Assembly (NCBI GenBank): GCA_043797125.1
Contig: JAZDPX010000006.1
Location: 70,921 to 134,920 of the forward strand
DNA from: Candidatus Omnitrophota bacterium
GTDB lineage: Bacteria > Omnitrophota > Gorgyraeia > JABMRG01 > JAFGKX01
DNA length: 64,000 nt
Direction of reading: 5' to 3'
The translations under genes were made by a program, and so were the position numbers. The number at the start of each line of letters is the position of its first letter. Within the stretch, counting starts at the first letter, position 1. Positions 1 through 8,617 of the stretch are shown here, one piece after another. The notes beneath the pieces are model-generated. The model did not search any database and had not been told where the DNA came from. It was given only the letters and a program-made list of their open reading frames with translations.

Positions 1-602
1 TCTATCATAACCTGAGGCGTTCGCATATCCAGCTTCGCAAGCGTAGCTTCTATTAAAGAGAAATCCGAGGGCACGGATGTTACAATAAGGCTGTTTGTTC
101 TTTGGTCTATCAACACCTCGCCAAAAGTTTTCCCACCGCTGTCTTTGGCAAGCAACTTTTCCATGATAGACTTTATATCCCCGCCTTGCTGGCTGCCTGC
201 ACCGCCTGTGCCTGTATTGACCTTCGCATAATTAAGGTTATAGACTTTGGTAACCATCTTTATCCGCGGCGTAGTTGCCTCCTTTACGATAAAAACAGAG
301 CTGTTTGGCTTCTGCTCATAGGTAAGGTTGTTTGCGTCTATTATAGAATCCAAAGCATCTTGCACAGTAACGCCGTCTAAATAAAGGGTAAGTTGTTTGT
401 TCTCAATTTCCCTGGTTGCTACAAAGTTTAAGCCTGCCTGTTGAGAAAATATCTTAAGCACGTCTTTAAGCGCGGCTTGCTGAAAATCCATCGAAATAAG
501 CCTTTGTTCGTCTTGCGCGTAATTTAAATTCGGATAAAAGACAAAACAGATAACGCATAAAAATACAGTGAAACCCCTAATCCCACCGATTATATTCTTC
601 AT
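1..602 (-). CDS. pilQ: Secretin PilQ/GspD, N-terminal part; the gene continues past the window start
   Basis: Minus-strand translation from the ATG at 600-602 gives MKNIIGGIRGFTVFLCVICFVFYPNLNYAQDEQRLISMDFQQAALKDVLKIFSQQAGLNFV..., i.e. a signal peptide followed by a secretin N-domain pattern. The frame stays open to position 1. It sits immediately downstream of pilP. The ORF track does not list it because it is truncated. Confidence 0.7.
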   Translation of the reverse strand, partial: MKNIIGGIRGFTVFLCVICFVFYPNLNYAQDEQRLISMDFQQAALKDVLKIFSQQAGLNFVATREIENKQLTLYLDGVTVQDALDSIIDANNLTYEQKPNSSVFIVKEATTPRIKMVTKVYNLNYAKVNTGTGGAGSQQGGDIKSIMEKLLAKDSGGKTFGEVLIDQRTNSLIVTSVPSDFSLIEATLAKLDMRTPQVMI

Positions 603-626
603 TTTTTCTCCTCGCCCGCAGGCGGG

Positions 627-1118
627 CTACTTCTTTACGAAAAACTCTATACCTTTATATTCTACAGTTATCCCGTTTTTATCCACCGAAAGGAGCTTTG
701 CGCCTTCTATCTGGTCTCCAACTGAAAATACCTTGCCGTTTGCAATTACCTGCGGCCTATCTGAATTCCACACAAGCCCGCTTATGCTAATCTTGGGCGG
801 CTCGACACCTTGAGCCTTTAATAACTTTGTTTGCATATTCGGAAGCATGCCGACCATATAAACAAAAAACTGGTCTTTTAGAGGATCAATGGCATCAAGC
901 GCTTTATATTCTGCCTTTTTAAGCTCTGCTTTTATTTTCTCCAATGTCTTCTGTTCTTCTTCTATAAACGGTTGAGCCTGCGCGGAAGAGGCCGCTTCTA
1001 AAGTTTCGGGTGCGGGGGCTTTTTTAAAACTGCCTATAAACTTCGATGCCAAACCTAAAGCAAAAATAGGTAAAAGGACTATAAGTATTAGCTTTTCTGC
1101 TTTTTGTTTTTCCATCAT
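627..1118 (-). CDS. pilP: Pilus assembly protein PilP-like (the secretin-associated protein GspC/PilP)
   Basis: 163 aa with an N-terminal TM/signal segment and a Lys/Glu-rich linker. The C-terminal beta-domain reads ...ISGLVWNSDRPQVIANGKVFSVGDQIEGAKLLSVDKNGITVEYKG. It lies between pilO and the secretin. Confidence 0.55.
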   Translation of the reverse strand: MMEKQKAEKLILIVLLPIFALGLASKFIGSFKKAPAPETLEAASSAQAQPFIEEEQKTLEKIKAELKKAEYKALDAIDPLKDQFFVYMVGMLPNMQTKLLKAQGVEPPKISISGLVWNSDRPQVIANGKVFSVGDQIEGAKLLSVDKNGITVEYKGIEFFVKK

Positions 1119-1708
1119 TGCCTCGATGAATAAGTTTCCAATACAATATTTACTCCCGCAACCGCCGGAGCATTAATATCGGTGGAAGCCTGTTGAGATT
1201 CCCATCTTTGCGCTTGAGGCTGCGGGCCCGTAGCCTCGAAGCTAATGCTTTTTATCTCAATGCGCGGTTTCGCATTTTCGATTATTTCTACAAATTTACC
1301 AAGTTGATCATAGGTGCATTCTAACTGCATCGTTGTGGAAAATACTACATATTTATCTGCGCCGTACTCTCTTGTTGAACTTATAGACACAACCTTCACC
1401 TTCGACTCCGATGCCAGCTTTGATAGTTGCCTCCTGATTGCATCAGCATCTTTGCTTTGAAGAACGATATCTTCATAACCCTTACTTATACTGCCTAACT
1501 TGCTTATTTCTTCGCGTAGGTTATTTTTTGTCGTCTGTTCCTGGCACTGTTTATTATACTGCGCCACATTATTAGCTCCCTTTTGATATATGCCCTTATA
1601 ACATATAAAAAGTGCCAACACTAAAACAATGCCGCCAATTATATAGTCTCTTTGTTTTTGATCAATCGCGCTAAGAAATTCAAGAATTTTCATTTTTCCC
1701 CGCCGCAT
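1115..1708 (-). CDS. pilO: Pilus assembly protein PilO-like (related to GspM)
   Basis: 197 aa with one N-terminal TM helix (IIGGIVLVLALFICY), a coiled-coil, and then a periplasmic domain. The start overlaps the upstream pilM/N gene by 19 bp. Confidence 0.55.
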   Translation of the reverse strand: MRRGKMKILEFLSAIDQKQRDYIIGGIVLVLALFICYKGIYQKGANNVAQYNKQCQEQTTKNNLREEISKLGSISKGYEDIVLQSKDADAIRRQLSKLASESKVKVVSISSTREYGADKYVVFSTTMQLECTYDQLGKFVEIIENAKPRIEIKSISFEATGPQPQAQRWESQQASTDINAPAVAGVNIVLETYSSRQ

Positions 1709-3204
1709 TGAATTGTGTAATTTGTTACCTCATATGAAGCTGTATTGTATGAGCTAACATTTTCTTTCCTAATATCCCCGAGCTTGCAACTACTAAATCC
1801 CTGCATAAACAGCTTATCCTGTTTAAGCGTTTCTAAAAATTTATTTACAGCGTCTATCTGGTTTGTGCCTTCCTGAAAAAATGCCTTTCCTTTAAGCAGC
1901 ATTGTGATTTCAGCCTCAAAAAGATTCTCTGCCCTGACCATATTAATCCATACGCCTTGAGGCAAATCCGCGGCAATGCGATTCAGTTTATCTGTTAAAA
2001 ATATCTTTTTTGTAATCAATGATTTTAAAAACTCGATTGTTTTTGTTTCTTTGTCCTTTAATTGCAAAAGCCCGTCAATTCCAAGATTCCCAGTCTGCGC
2101 AGGCAGGGTCCTTGCTTTATCCATTACTGCGTTTAAGCGCGTCTTGGCGGAGATAACTGTTCCAATGCTGTAAAAAAGCGTAAGTAAAATAAGCGCTGCC
2201 GCAATGCCGGCTGCAACAAAAAGCTGCCTGCTTAACTTGAACTCTCTAACTCTTGTTTTAGGAGGCAGAATATTTACCGAATACACATCCTTTCCTAAGC
2301 CGACCATTGCCGCCCCTGCGGCAATAATCGCGCCGAGTGAATGAACCTTTTCGCCTTTAATTACTTTACTAAAATCCACTGTCTCTATAGCCATATTAAG
2401 GTCCTCTGCCAACTTTTTTCTTAAATCAGAGGCATCCTCTTTTGCGCATATGATTAATTTCTTAATTTCTTTTGACGCGGGTTTTCTCTTATAATAATCA
2501 AATGATAACCTCATCTCGCTGACTAATTTCTCTATAAGGGCGTCTTTGTCTTTGGGTATCGCAATACCCCTGTTTATGGTGGGGCAATTTTCTTCGATGA
2601 TGCTTATGCTTGCCACATCCTCCGCGACGCTAAGCTGCAGCAGGGCTATTGTATCCTTTTCTTTAAAAAACCTCTTGTTCTGATTAATAACCCTCAACAA
2701 GGCAAACGGAACAATATCCATTATGCCTGTTTTTAGCCCCGCGTCGGAAAATAGTTTTAATTCTGATTCTACGTCGGCTTTTTGCGCGGCAACAAAAAAT
2801 ACGCGCATTGTCTTGTGCTCTCTATTGGTATCTATTACTCTAAAATCCGAGTAAATATTCTCTATCTTAAAAGGAACATATTTTCTGGCCTCAAAATTAA
2901 TTGCCTGCCCTTGCTCTGATTTAGGCAAAAGAGGCATATCAAAATGCCTGATCATCACCCCTTCTTCAGACAGAACAGAATAAACGATATCAGAGCTTAT
3001 CTTAAGCTTGCCAATGGAGGATTTTATCGCTGCGACTATCTTGGCGCGCTGTTTTTGGTCGGAAGAAGGAACCTGTTCGTTTTGCGGCAGAGTAATATCC
3101 TCTCTTATGTGATCCACCAAGAAGGGCTTGTTAATAGCTCCTGTAACTGCCGCCACATCCACAAAATTTTTGCCTACATATATGCCGATGCCTTTGTTAG
3201 CCAT
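1690..3204 (-). CDS. pilM: PilM (actin-like ATPase fold) fused to PilN (TM + periplasmic) pilus assembly protein
   Basis: 504 aa. The N-terminal ~330 aa is a PilM/FtsA-like domain (GIGIYVGKNFVDVAAV...). It is followed by a TM helix (LFVAAGIAAALILLTLFYSIG) and a PilN-like C-terminal region. Confidence 0.6.
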   Translation of the reverse strand: MANKGIGIYVGKNFVDVAAVTGAINKPFLVDHIREDITLPQNEQVPSSDQKQRAKIVAAIKSSIGKLKISSDIVYSVLSEEGVMIRHFDMPLLPKSEQGQAINFEARKYVPFKIENIYSDFRVIDTNREHKTMRVFFVAAQKADVESELKLFSDAGLKTGIMDIVPFALLRVINQNKRFFKEKDTIALLQLSVAEDVASISIIEENCPTINRGIAIPKDKDALIEKLVSEMRLSFDYYKRKPASKEIKKLIICAKEDASDLRKKLAEDLNMAIETVDFSKVIKGEKVHSLGAIIAAGAAMVGLGKDVYSVNILPPKTRVREFKLSRQLFVAAGIAAALILLTLFYSIGTVISAKTRLNAVMDKARTLPAQTGNLGIDGLLQLKDKETKTIEFLKSLITKKIFLTDKLNRIAADLPQGVWINMVRAENLFEAEITMLLKGKAFFQEGTNQIDAVNKFLETLKQDKLFMQGFSSCKLGDIRKENVSSYNTASYEVTNYTIQCGGEK

Positions 3205-3396
3205 TTATATACCTCTGCCCATAATCTTTTTAAGGGCCGCAATATCTCTTTCCGTATATTCCCTCCAACCGTTGAGTTTATTTCTCACCGCCTTCGGGAA
3301 TATGCCTTTGATTTCATATCTAATAAGCGTCTGCTTGGAGATATCCAGTATTTCAGCGACTTCATTAACTGAATAATATTTTTCCGCGCGCATCAT
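3205..3396 (-). CDS. Small excisionase/MerR-family HTH DNA-binding protein
   Basis: 63 aa with ...YSVNEVAEILDISKQTLIRYEIKGIFPKAVRNKLNGWREYTERDIAAL, which matches the excisionase-family HTH_17 pattern. Its stop abuts the pilM start. Confidence 0.6.
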   Translation of the reverse strand: MMRAEKYYSVNEVAEILDISKQTLIRYEIKGIFPKAVRNKLNGWREYTERDIAALKKIMGRGI

Positions 3397-3427
3397 TATA
3401 TATTTCTCCTACTCGTAACGGTCGAAT

Positions 3428-3453
3428 GTAGCGCAGGCTTAAGCCTGCGCTAC
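3428..3453. repeat. Family A perfect palindrome GTAGCGCAGGCTTAAGCCTGCGCTAC (copy 1)
   Basis: 26-bp perfect hairpin. Identical copies are at 42733-42758 and 61727-61752. Confidence 0.8.
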
Positions 3454-3613
3454 ATCTGTGTCGCAATACCTTACAAACTTGGTTATAGCATCAGGCGGCA
3501 TCTGATAGCGTCTGATATACTTTGATATGAGTATATACTACCTGAGTGTATGTGTCAAGTATTTTTGGAATTTTTTTGAAATATTTATATCTGTAGGAAA
3601 AGGGGGGTTCTGG

Positions 3614-3997
3614 TTACGCTGCGCTTCTGATTGCTTCTGATGCCTTTTTTGCGCTCTTGAGTGTGAATGATTGAATATCGTAATAGCAGTGTTTAGAGGT
3701 GTACGAAAAATCTGCGTTGAAAGGGCGGCCCCATGAAGTCATATCTATTATTTTAAGTGGCGAAGTTTTCAGTAAAAAGTTTTTTATGCCCCTTCTGCCG
3801 TAAAAATCTGATCCGCTATTGATGTTTTTTGGATAGATTCCCCATGAAGCAGGCACTATTTTAAAAATGTCTTTCCAGGATTTTATTTCCAGCAATCTTT
3901 GCATATCTATTATATTTCCCGACTTTACATCCGCCATAAAGACAATGCCTTTGGATATTAAAATTCTAGATACATCATCCATAATAACCCTGGCCAT
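3614..3997 (-). CDS. Hypothetical protein
   Basis: 127-aa ORF with no recognisable motifs. It lies downstream of the LRP-protein pair. Confidence 0.3.
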   Translation of the reverse strand: MARVIMDDVSRILISKGIVFMADVKSGNIIDMQRLLEIKSWKDIFKIVPASWGIYPKNINSGSDFYGRRGIKNFLLKTSPLKIIDMTSWGRPFNADFSYTSKHCYYDIQSFTLKSAKKASEAIRSAA

Positions 3998-4033
3998 TGC
4001 CAGCTGAATAGAATGTGAAAATTTGTGCCAGCC

Positions 4034-5443
4034 TTACTCCAAAAGCTTATTCTGTTCTTCATCAAGCGGAAACCACTGCTTCCATAAATCTACATAATCT
4101 TTTATTGAGTGCGCAAAATCCTGAATAGCCATTGAAAATACCACAAAATTAGCGGAATTATCTTCAAAAAGCCTTTTATCGATAGGCAAAACGTAATTGA
4201 TTATCTTCTTGGGGTCGCTTATTTCCTCATACAAATCCAACACTTTCTGGATAGGAAATTCTTTTCCAAGCATAGCTTTTTCTTCAATGCCGGATTTCAT
4301 TAATTCATCAATTTTTTTGGCTGCCCTATCGAGAATAAGAGTTGCATCTGCTTTAATAATCTCGACCCGCCCAGCTTCATCATGTGTAATTTCATGTTTA
4401 TCGACCAATTTCTTAAGCGCCCTCTCGGAAAGCCCCCTAGCCAATTCTATTAAAACAATCTTTCTGTATTTAATCGAACCATCGGGAAGCGTTTCTCTTA
4501 GCATCTTTTTCAAAGGCAGACCCGAGAAGTGGCCGCCGCCTAAAACAACCGCCGCGCCTTGCTGTTTTACCCTATTCGATGCCCGCATAATCTCTTGTTT
4601 TACTTTTTCAAAATGCGCATTCAGTCTCCTGCTATGCTCTGTATCCTGCGAAATCATTGATGGATAAATCTCTGCTGCGTAGTTGTGGGTTTCGGCAAGT
4701 ACGGGGCCCAAAACTTCAGGGCCTCTTTCACCTTTAACCCAAAGATTCAAGCCCTCTATGCCCCGCGCAAAATCATCCGGTAAAAAACGCGTTGGCTGCT
4801 CGATGGTAAAAAAACTTAATCCTAATCTATACAGAAAATATGCTCTGTCAAAATCTATGCAGCCCATTCTGTAAATTCTTTCAGCCAAAAAATAAAAAAC
4901 ATCGCTTGGCATGTATAAATCGAAAATTAAATATTCGTATAGGCCTCTTAATGTAAGATCCTCTGCAGCTCCGAGCGCTTCATCATAAGCCTCTATTGCT
5001 TGCTTAGTTTTCCCCTGTGAATGAAAATATATACTTTGCAATATGTGCATAATAGGCCACAAGTTAATTCTAATAATAGTAGTGGCTTCTTCCTGATTAA
5101 TTCCTCTTTTTAGCATTTCGTTAGCAATCATCGTATCTAAAAATTCCGGCATCTTTTCATCCTCTAAAAAGAAAAATTCATCATAGTATTCGGGGGCATA
5201 TTTTATTATCAGGGCCACCAGCTGCTTTCCATCCTTCCATTTAGATTTAAAATACGCTATATTTGCGGTTCTAATTGCAGCTTTATCACGGTTCGGATCC
5301 AGCTCAAAGCCTGTTTTTTCTCTATCTCTATCAAAATTAACTTTGCTGACAGGCCGCAATCCGTCTTCGGCAAAAGCAGGGACTGTCCCTATTTTTGATG
5401 TTGCCAATATAATGGCTATTGCTATGGCGAGGAGTTTTCCCAT
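4034..5443 (-). CDS. Exported hypothetical protein; member of the 'LRP' N-terminal motif family
   Basis: 469 aa. The N-terminus MGKLLAIAIAIILATSKIGTVPAFAEDGLRPVSK has a signal peptide followed by GLRPV. Confidence 0.5.
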   Translation of the reverse strand: MGKLLAIAIAIILATSKIGTVPAFAEDGLRPVSKVNFDRDREKTGFELDPNRDKAAIRTANIAYFKSKWKDGKQLVALIIKYAPEYYDEFFFLEDEKMPEFLDTMIANEMLKRGINQEEATTIIRINLWPIMHILQSIYFHSQGKTKQAIEAYDEALGAAEDLTLRGLYEYLIFDLYMPSDVFYFLAERIYRMGCIDFDRAYFLYRLGLSFFTIEQPTRFLPDDFARGIEGLNLWVKGERGPEVLGPVLAETHNYAAEIYPSMISQDTEHSRRLNAHFEKVKQEIMRASNRVKQQGAAVVLGGGHFSGLPLKKMLRETLPDGSIKYRKIVLIELARGLSERALKKLVDKHEITHDEAGRVEIIKADATLILDRAAKKIDELMKSGIEEKAMLGKEFPIQKVLDLYEEISDPKKIINYVLPIDKRLFEDNSANFVVFSMAIQDFAHSIKDYVDLWKQWFPLDEEQNKLLE

Positions 5444-5471
5444 TTTAACCTTTTGTTCTTATCTCAAAATG

Positions 5472-6332
5472 CTATGCGCTTGCTTCTATAGCTCCTGGAA
5501 GATCCAGCAAGGTGGCAGGGCAGGTAAAGTTATCCTGGCCGCCCATAAAAAACTTTAACACTATCGGCACCTCTATATCTGTTTCATCAACAAAGCCCAT
5601 TTTTAGCAAGAATTTTTTCATTTCACGAAAATTATCGCTTCTTCCCTGAGGTGCTCTCCACCTAAAATCCTCGTCAAAAATTATATATTGAAATTCATCT
5701 ATTTCAGGTGGAAATATATTTCCCCTCTTTGCTATAATCATAAGCGCTGCTAATGCCTCTGGGCCATAACCCTTTCTTGAGAAATCGTGAACATGCGCAG
5801 TATGCGGCCGACCATGAATAGAGTATCTAAAAAATACTGTATGTGGAGTATCTATAGAATACGTTAATATGCCATGGCCAACTATTTCCTGTTTTTTATT
5901 TTCAATTGACAAAACATATGCTTTATCAAAAAATTTCTCATCGGGATTCGTACTAAAACACTGGGCATAACCTGTAGTTTGTGGGAGTTCGGGACGCGCC
6001 TCAAAACAGATTACTCTCAATCTTCCTATTTTGAATATGATACATTCATCGGTGTTTAAGCTTTCTGGCGTATAGGCTTTTGCTAATATTGAGTCGTACT
6101 CATAGCCGGCATCTACCTTATCTCTGTAAGCTATATTTATCAAAGGCGTTACCTTCTTTCGCCTTTTTACTCTTTCAACGCTAAAATCCAATTCATGTAT
6201 AGATTTTTCTAAAGATGCGGAGATAATTTTGCTAGGTGTTTTTCCTTTTGTAGCTGCCGGACGCAGCGCAAGGCTCTGCTGTGGTAAAATTAGTGTTGTT
6301 AGTATTACGAATAGAACTAGTTTCTTTAGCAT
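5472..6332 (-). CDS. Exported hypothetical protein with the LRP motif; the C-terminal half may adopt a GNAT-like fold (weak)
   Basis: 286 aa. The signal peptide ...LPQQSLALRPAATKG is followed by the motif. The C-terminal region has RKGYGPEALAAL, which fits a Q/RxxGxG/A acetyl-CoA motif. Confidence 0.45.
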   Translation of the reverse strand: MLKKLVLFVILTTLILPQQSLALRPAATKGKTPSKIISASLEKSIHELDFSVERVKRRKKVTPLINIAYRDKVDAGYEYDSILAKAYTPESLNTDECIIFKIGRLRVICFEARPELPQTTGYAQCFSTNPDEKFFDKAYVLSIENKKQEIVGHGILTYSIDTPHTVFFRYSIHGRPHTAHVHDFSRKGYGPEALAALMIIAKRGNIFPPEIDEFQYIIFDEDFRWRAPQGRSDNFREMKKFLLKMGFVDETDIEVPIVLKFFMGGQDNFTCPATLLDLPGAIEASA

Positions 6333-6574
6333 TTCCCTTTATATCCCCATTAATTAAATGTTTTATCCTTCGGCTTGCTCAGGATAACCCTGAGCAAGCG
6401 AAGCGTGTCGAAGGGTTAATTTAGCCCAAAATAATGAAACCCCGAAGGTAGACTCTTATGAAGTTCTACATTCGGGGCCCTTTTCATTTACTAATTATAT
6501 AGTGTAACACATAGATATGGGCATTACAAGGAAATTAAGCCTTAAGGCCACCAAGTCACAAGTGAACGTATAAA

Positions 6575-6775
6575 ACGTATAATAAGTGAGGTTTTTGCAA
6601 TGTGAGGTGCATTAGAAATTTTTTTCCAAATGTCTTTTTAGAACTTACGACGAGGGAACGGCTAAGTTTGGATGTTTGGGAAAGTGACCGAGTCGTAAGT
6701 TCAAAAAGACGGAAAAAAATTTCAGCACCGAACATTGCGAAAACCGAACTATGACAGAGATTGCTTCGTCGCCTG
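6575..6775. repeat. Long-hairpin element with conserved termini (family D, copy 1; MITE-like)
   Basis: The 5' end GTGAGGTTTTTGCAATGTGAGGT and the 3' end TTCAGCACCGAACATTGCGAAAACCGAAC are partially inverted (TTTTGCAATG / CATTGCGAAAA). The interior is self-complementary (GAAATTTTTTTCCAAATGTCTTTTTAGAACTTACGACGAG / GAGTCGTAAGTTCAAAAAGACGGAAAAAAATTTC). Confidence 0.6.
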
Positions 6776-6830
6776 GAATAGGCAAAGGCTCCTCGCAATG
6801 ACGGCGATGTGGAAGCTTTAGCGGGATTTG

Positions 6831-7481
6831 TTACAACTTCAGCTTTTCGATATTCACGGCCTTCCCGATAACTACGAAAGCGCTGTCTGCTTTTATTACG
6901 TAGCTTGGCTCGGGAACCAGGTAAAATTCATCGTGAAGCACATCTTTAATAGCTATTATTTCAACGCCGTATTTGTTGCGCAGTTTAAGTTCGCTTAACT
7001 TCTTTCCTATCAGATTTTCAGGGATGGCTATTTCAACAATGCTGTATTCATCTGCCATGGGAATGTGCTCTATAAGATTCTTTGTAGTCAGCTTTATAGC
7101 CAGCGCGATAGCCCTGTCCCTTTGAGGATAGATAACTTCCGTGGCGCCTGTTAGCTCCAGTATCCTGCCGTGGTTTTTATTAATTGCTTTTGCTATAATA
7201 TCTTTAATTCCTAAGCTCTGCAGATTAAGCACCGCCAATACGCTTGACGCTATATCGCTGCCAAGGCTTACTATTACAGCGTCGGCAAAATCCTCAACAA
7301 GTTTAGCTAAAACCTTTTCGTCCCTGGCGTCGGCTATTACCGCCACGCTTACCTTATCGCTTATATCCTGTATTTTTTTTTCATCTTTGTCTATAACCGT
7401 TACCTTATGCTGGCGCTGCGCTAAAGCCAGCGCTAAATTATATCCGAATTTATCCATTCCTATTATTATATAATGTTTCAT
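6831..7481 (-). CDS. TrkA/KtrA-type K+ transport regulatory protein with RCK_N and RCK_C domains
   Basis: MKHYIIIGMDKFGYNLALALAQRQHKVTVIDKD is a Rossmann GxGxxG motif. The domain order is TrkA-N followed by TrkA-C. Confidence 0.75.
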   Translation of the reverse strand: MKHYIIIGMDKFGYNLALALAQRQHKVTVIDKDEKKIQDISDKVSVAVIADARDEKVLAKLVEDFADAVIVSLGSDIASSVLAVLNLQSLGIKDIIAKAINKNHGRILELTGATEVIYPQRDRAIALAIKLTTKNLIEHIPMADEYSIVEIAIPENLIGKKLSELKLRNKYGVEIIAIKDVLHDEFYLVPEPSYVIKADSAFVVIGKAVNIEKLKL

Positions 7482-8611
7482 TTTTTAGCTCCTTTATACA
7501 CTCTCGGCACTCTCGAACTAATCCAGCAAACCACCTCATAGGGAATAGTGCCGCAAATAAAAGCAATCTCTTCTGCTGTTATGCGCTCCTTGCCCTTCGC
7601 GCCGATTAAAACTACTTCATCGTCTACTGCGGCATCCTTAATATGGCCGACATCCACCATAATCTGGTCCATGCATACCCTGCCTACTATGGGGGCTCTT
7701 TGGCCTCTTACAAGAACCGAGCCTTTGTTTGAAAGCAGCCTGTTATACCCGTCAGCATACCCGATAGGCAAAACAGCAATCTTAGTATTCCTTTTTGTAA
7801 TATACGTACCGCCGTAACTTATCTGCCTGCCCGAAGGAGTGTCTTTTATGTAGCAAATTTTACTTTTTAATGTTAATGCAGGGCGAAGCGTAATTGTTTT
7901 CTTAAGTTCCATATTGGGGTAAAGCCCGTAAATCATGATTCCGGGCCTTATAATATTAAAATGCGCGTCTTTACATGTAACGGCACCTGCGCTGTTGGCG
8001 GTATGCTTATATTTTATATATACCCCTTTCTGCTCCAATTCATTAAGCAAATTTATAAAATTCTCTATCTGTTCACCGGTAAAATCGATATTATCGTCTG
8101 CGGAGGCAAAATGCGTAAAGATGCCCTCAACAGCTAAATGTTTCATACCTAATACCTCTTCCGCAAAATGCACTGCCTCGCTGTGCCACACTCCTAATCT
8201 GCCCATTCCCGTGTCTATTTTAAGATGGATCTTTACCTTTGTTTTCTTTTTTTCCGCAACGCGGTTAATGGCCTTTGCCAATTTTAATCCGGGAACTGTT
8301 TGTATTATTCTGCTATCCAGAAGGGCCGGTATTTCCTTTTCTGTGATTGCGGTGAGATTTAAAATAGGAACTCCCAGGTTAAACTTTTTTAATTCTATTG
8401 CCTCATCAATACTTCCGACGCCAAAATAATCAACGCCGCAGGCCTCTAGCGCCCTACATACGCCAAGCATTCCATGGCCGTAAGCATTTGCCTTTACGGC
8501 AACGAGTATTTTAACAGAGCTGCCAGCCAGTTTCCTGAATTGCAAAAAATTATGTCTTATCGCTGACAGGTCTATCTCTGCATATGTCGGCCGGTACGTA
8601 GGTATTTTCAT
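7478..8611 (-). CDS. alr: Alanine racemase
   Basis: ...KILVAVKANAYGHG... carries the PLP-lysine motif; the protein is 377 aa with a C-terminal beta domain. Confidence 0.85.
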   Translation of the reverse strand: MKIPTYRPTYAEIDLSAIRHNFLQFRKLAGSSVKILVAVKANAYGHGMLGVCRALEACGVDYFGVGSIDEAIELKKFNLGVPILNLTAITEKEIPALLDSRIIQTVPGLKLAKAINRVAEKKKTKVKIHLKIDTGMGRLGVWHSEAVHFAEEVLGMKHLAVEGIFTHFASADDNIDFTGEQIENFINLLNELEQKGVYIKYKHTANSAGAVTCKDAHFNIIRPGIMIYGLYPNMELKKTITLRPALTLKSKICYIKDTPSGRQISYGGTYITKRNTKIAVLPIGYADGYNRLLSNKGSVLVRGQRAPIVGRVCMDQIMVDVGHIKDAAVDDEVVLIGAKGKERITAEEIAFICGTIPYEVVCWISSRVPRVYKGAKK

Positions 8612-8617
8612 ATCAAC

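Noticed and set aside
102-380. The many 60-250-aa plus-strand ORFs overlapping minus-strand genes (e.g. 102-380, 7141-7473, 26683-27417, 48523-48822)
   Set aside because: They are fully embedded antisense to well-supported conserved genes and have low-complexity composition. They are treated as non-coding shadows.
6556-6798. 80-aa ORF sharing an SSVFAMFGAEIFF-like peptide with ORF 18532-18747
   Set aside because: The shared peptide is encoded by the conserved 3' terminus of the family-D repeat. Both ORFs lie inside hairpin elements and are most likely spurious.
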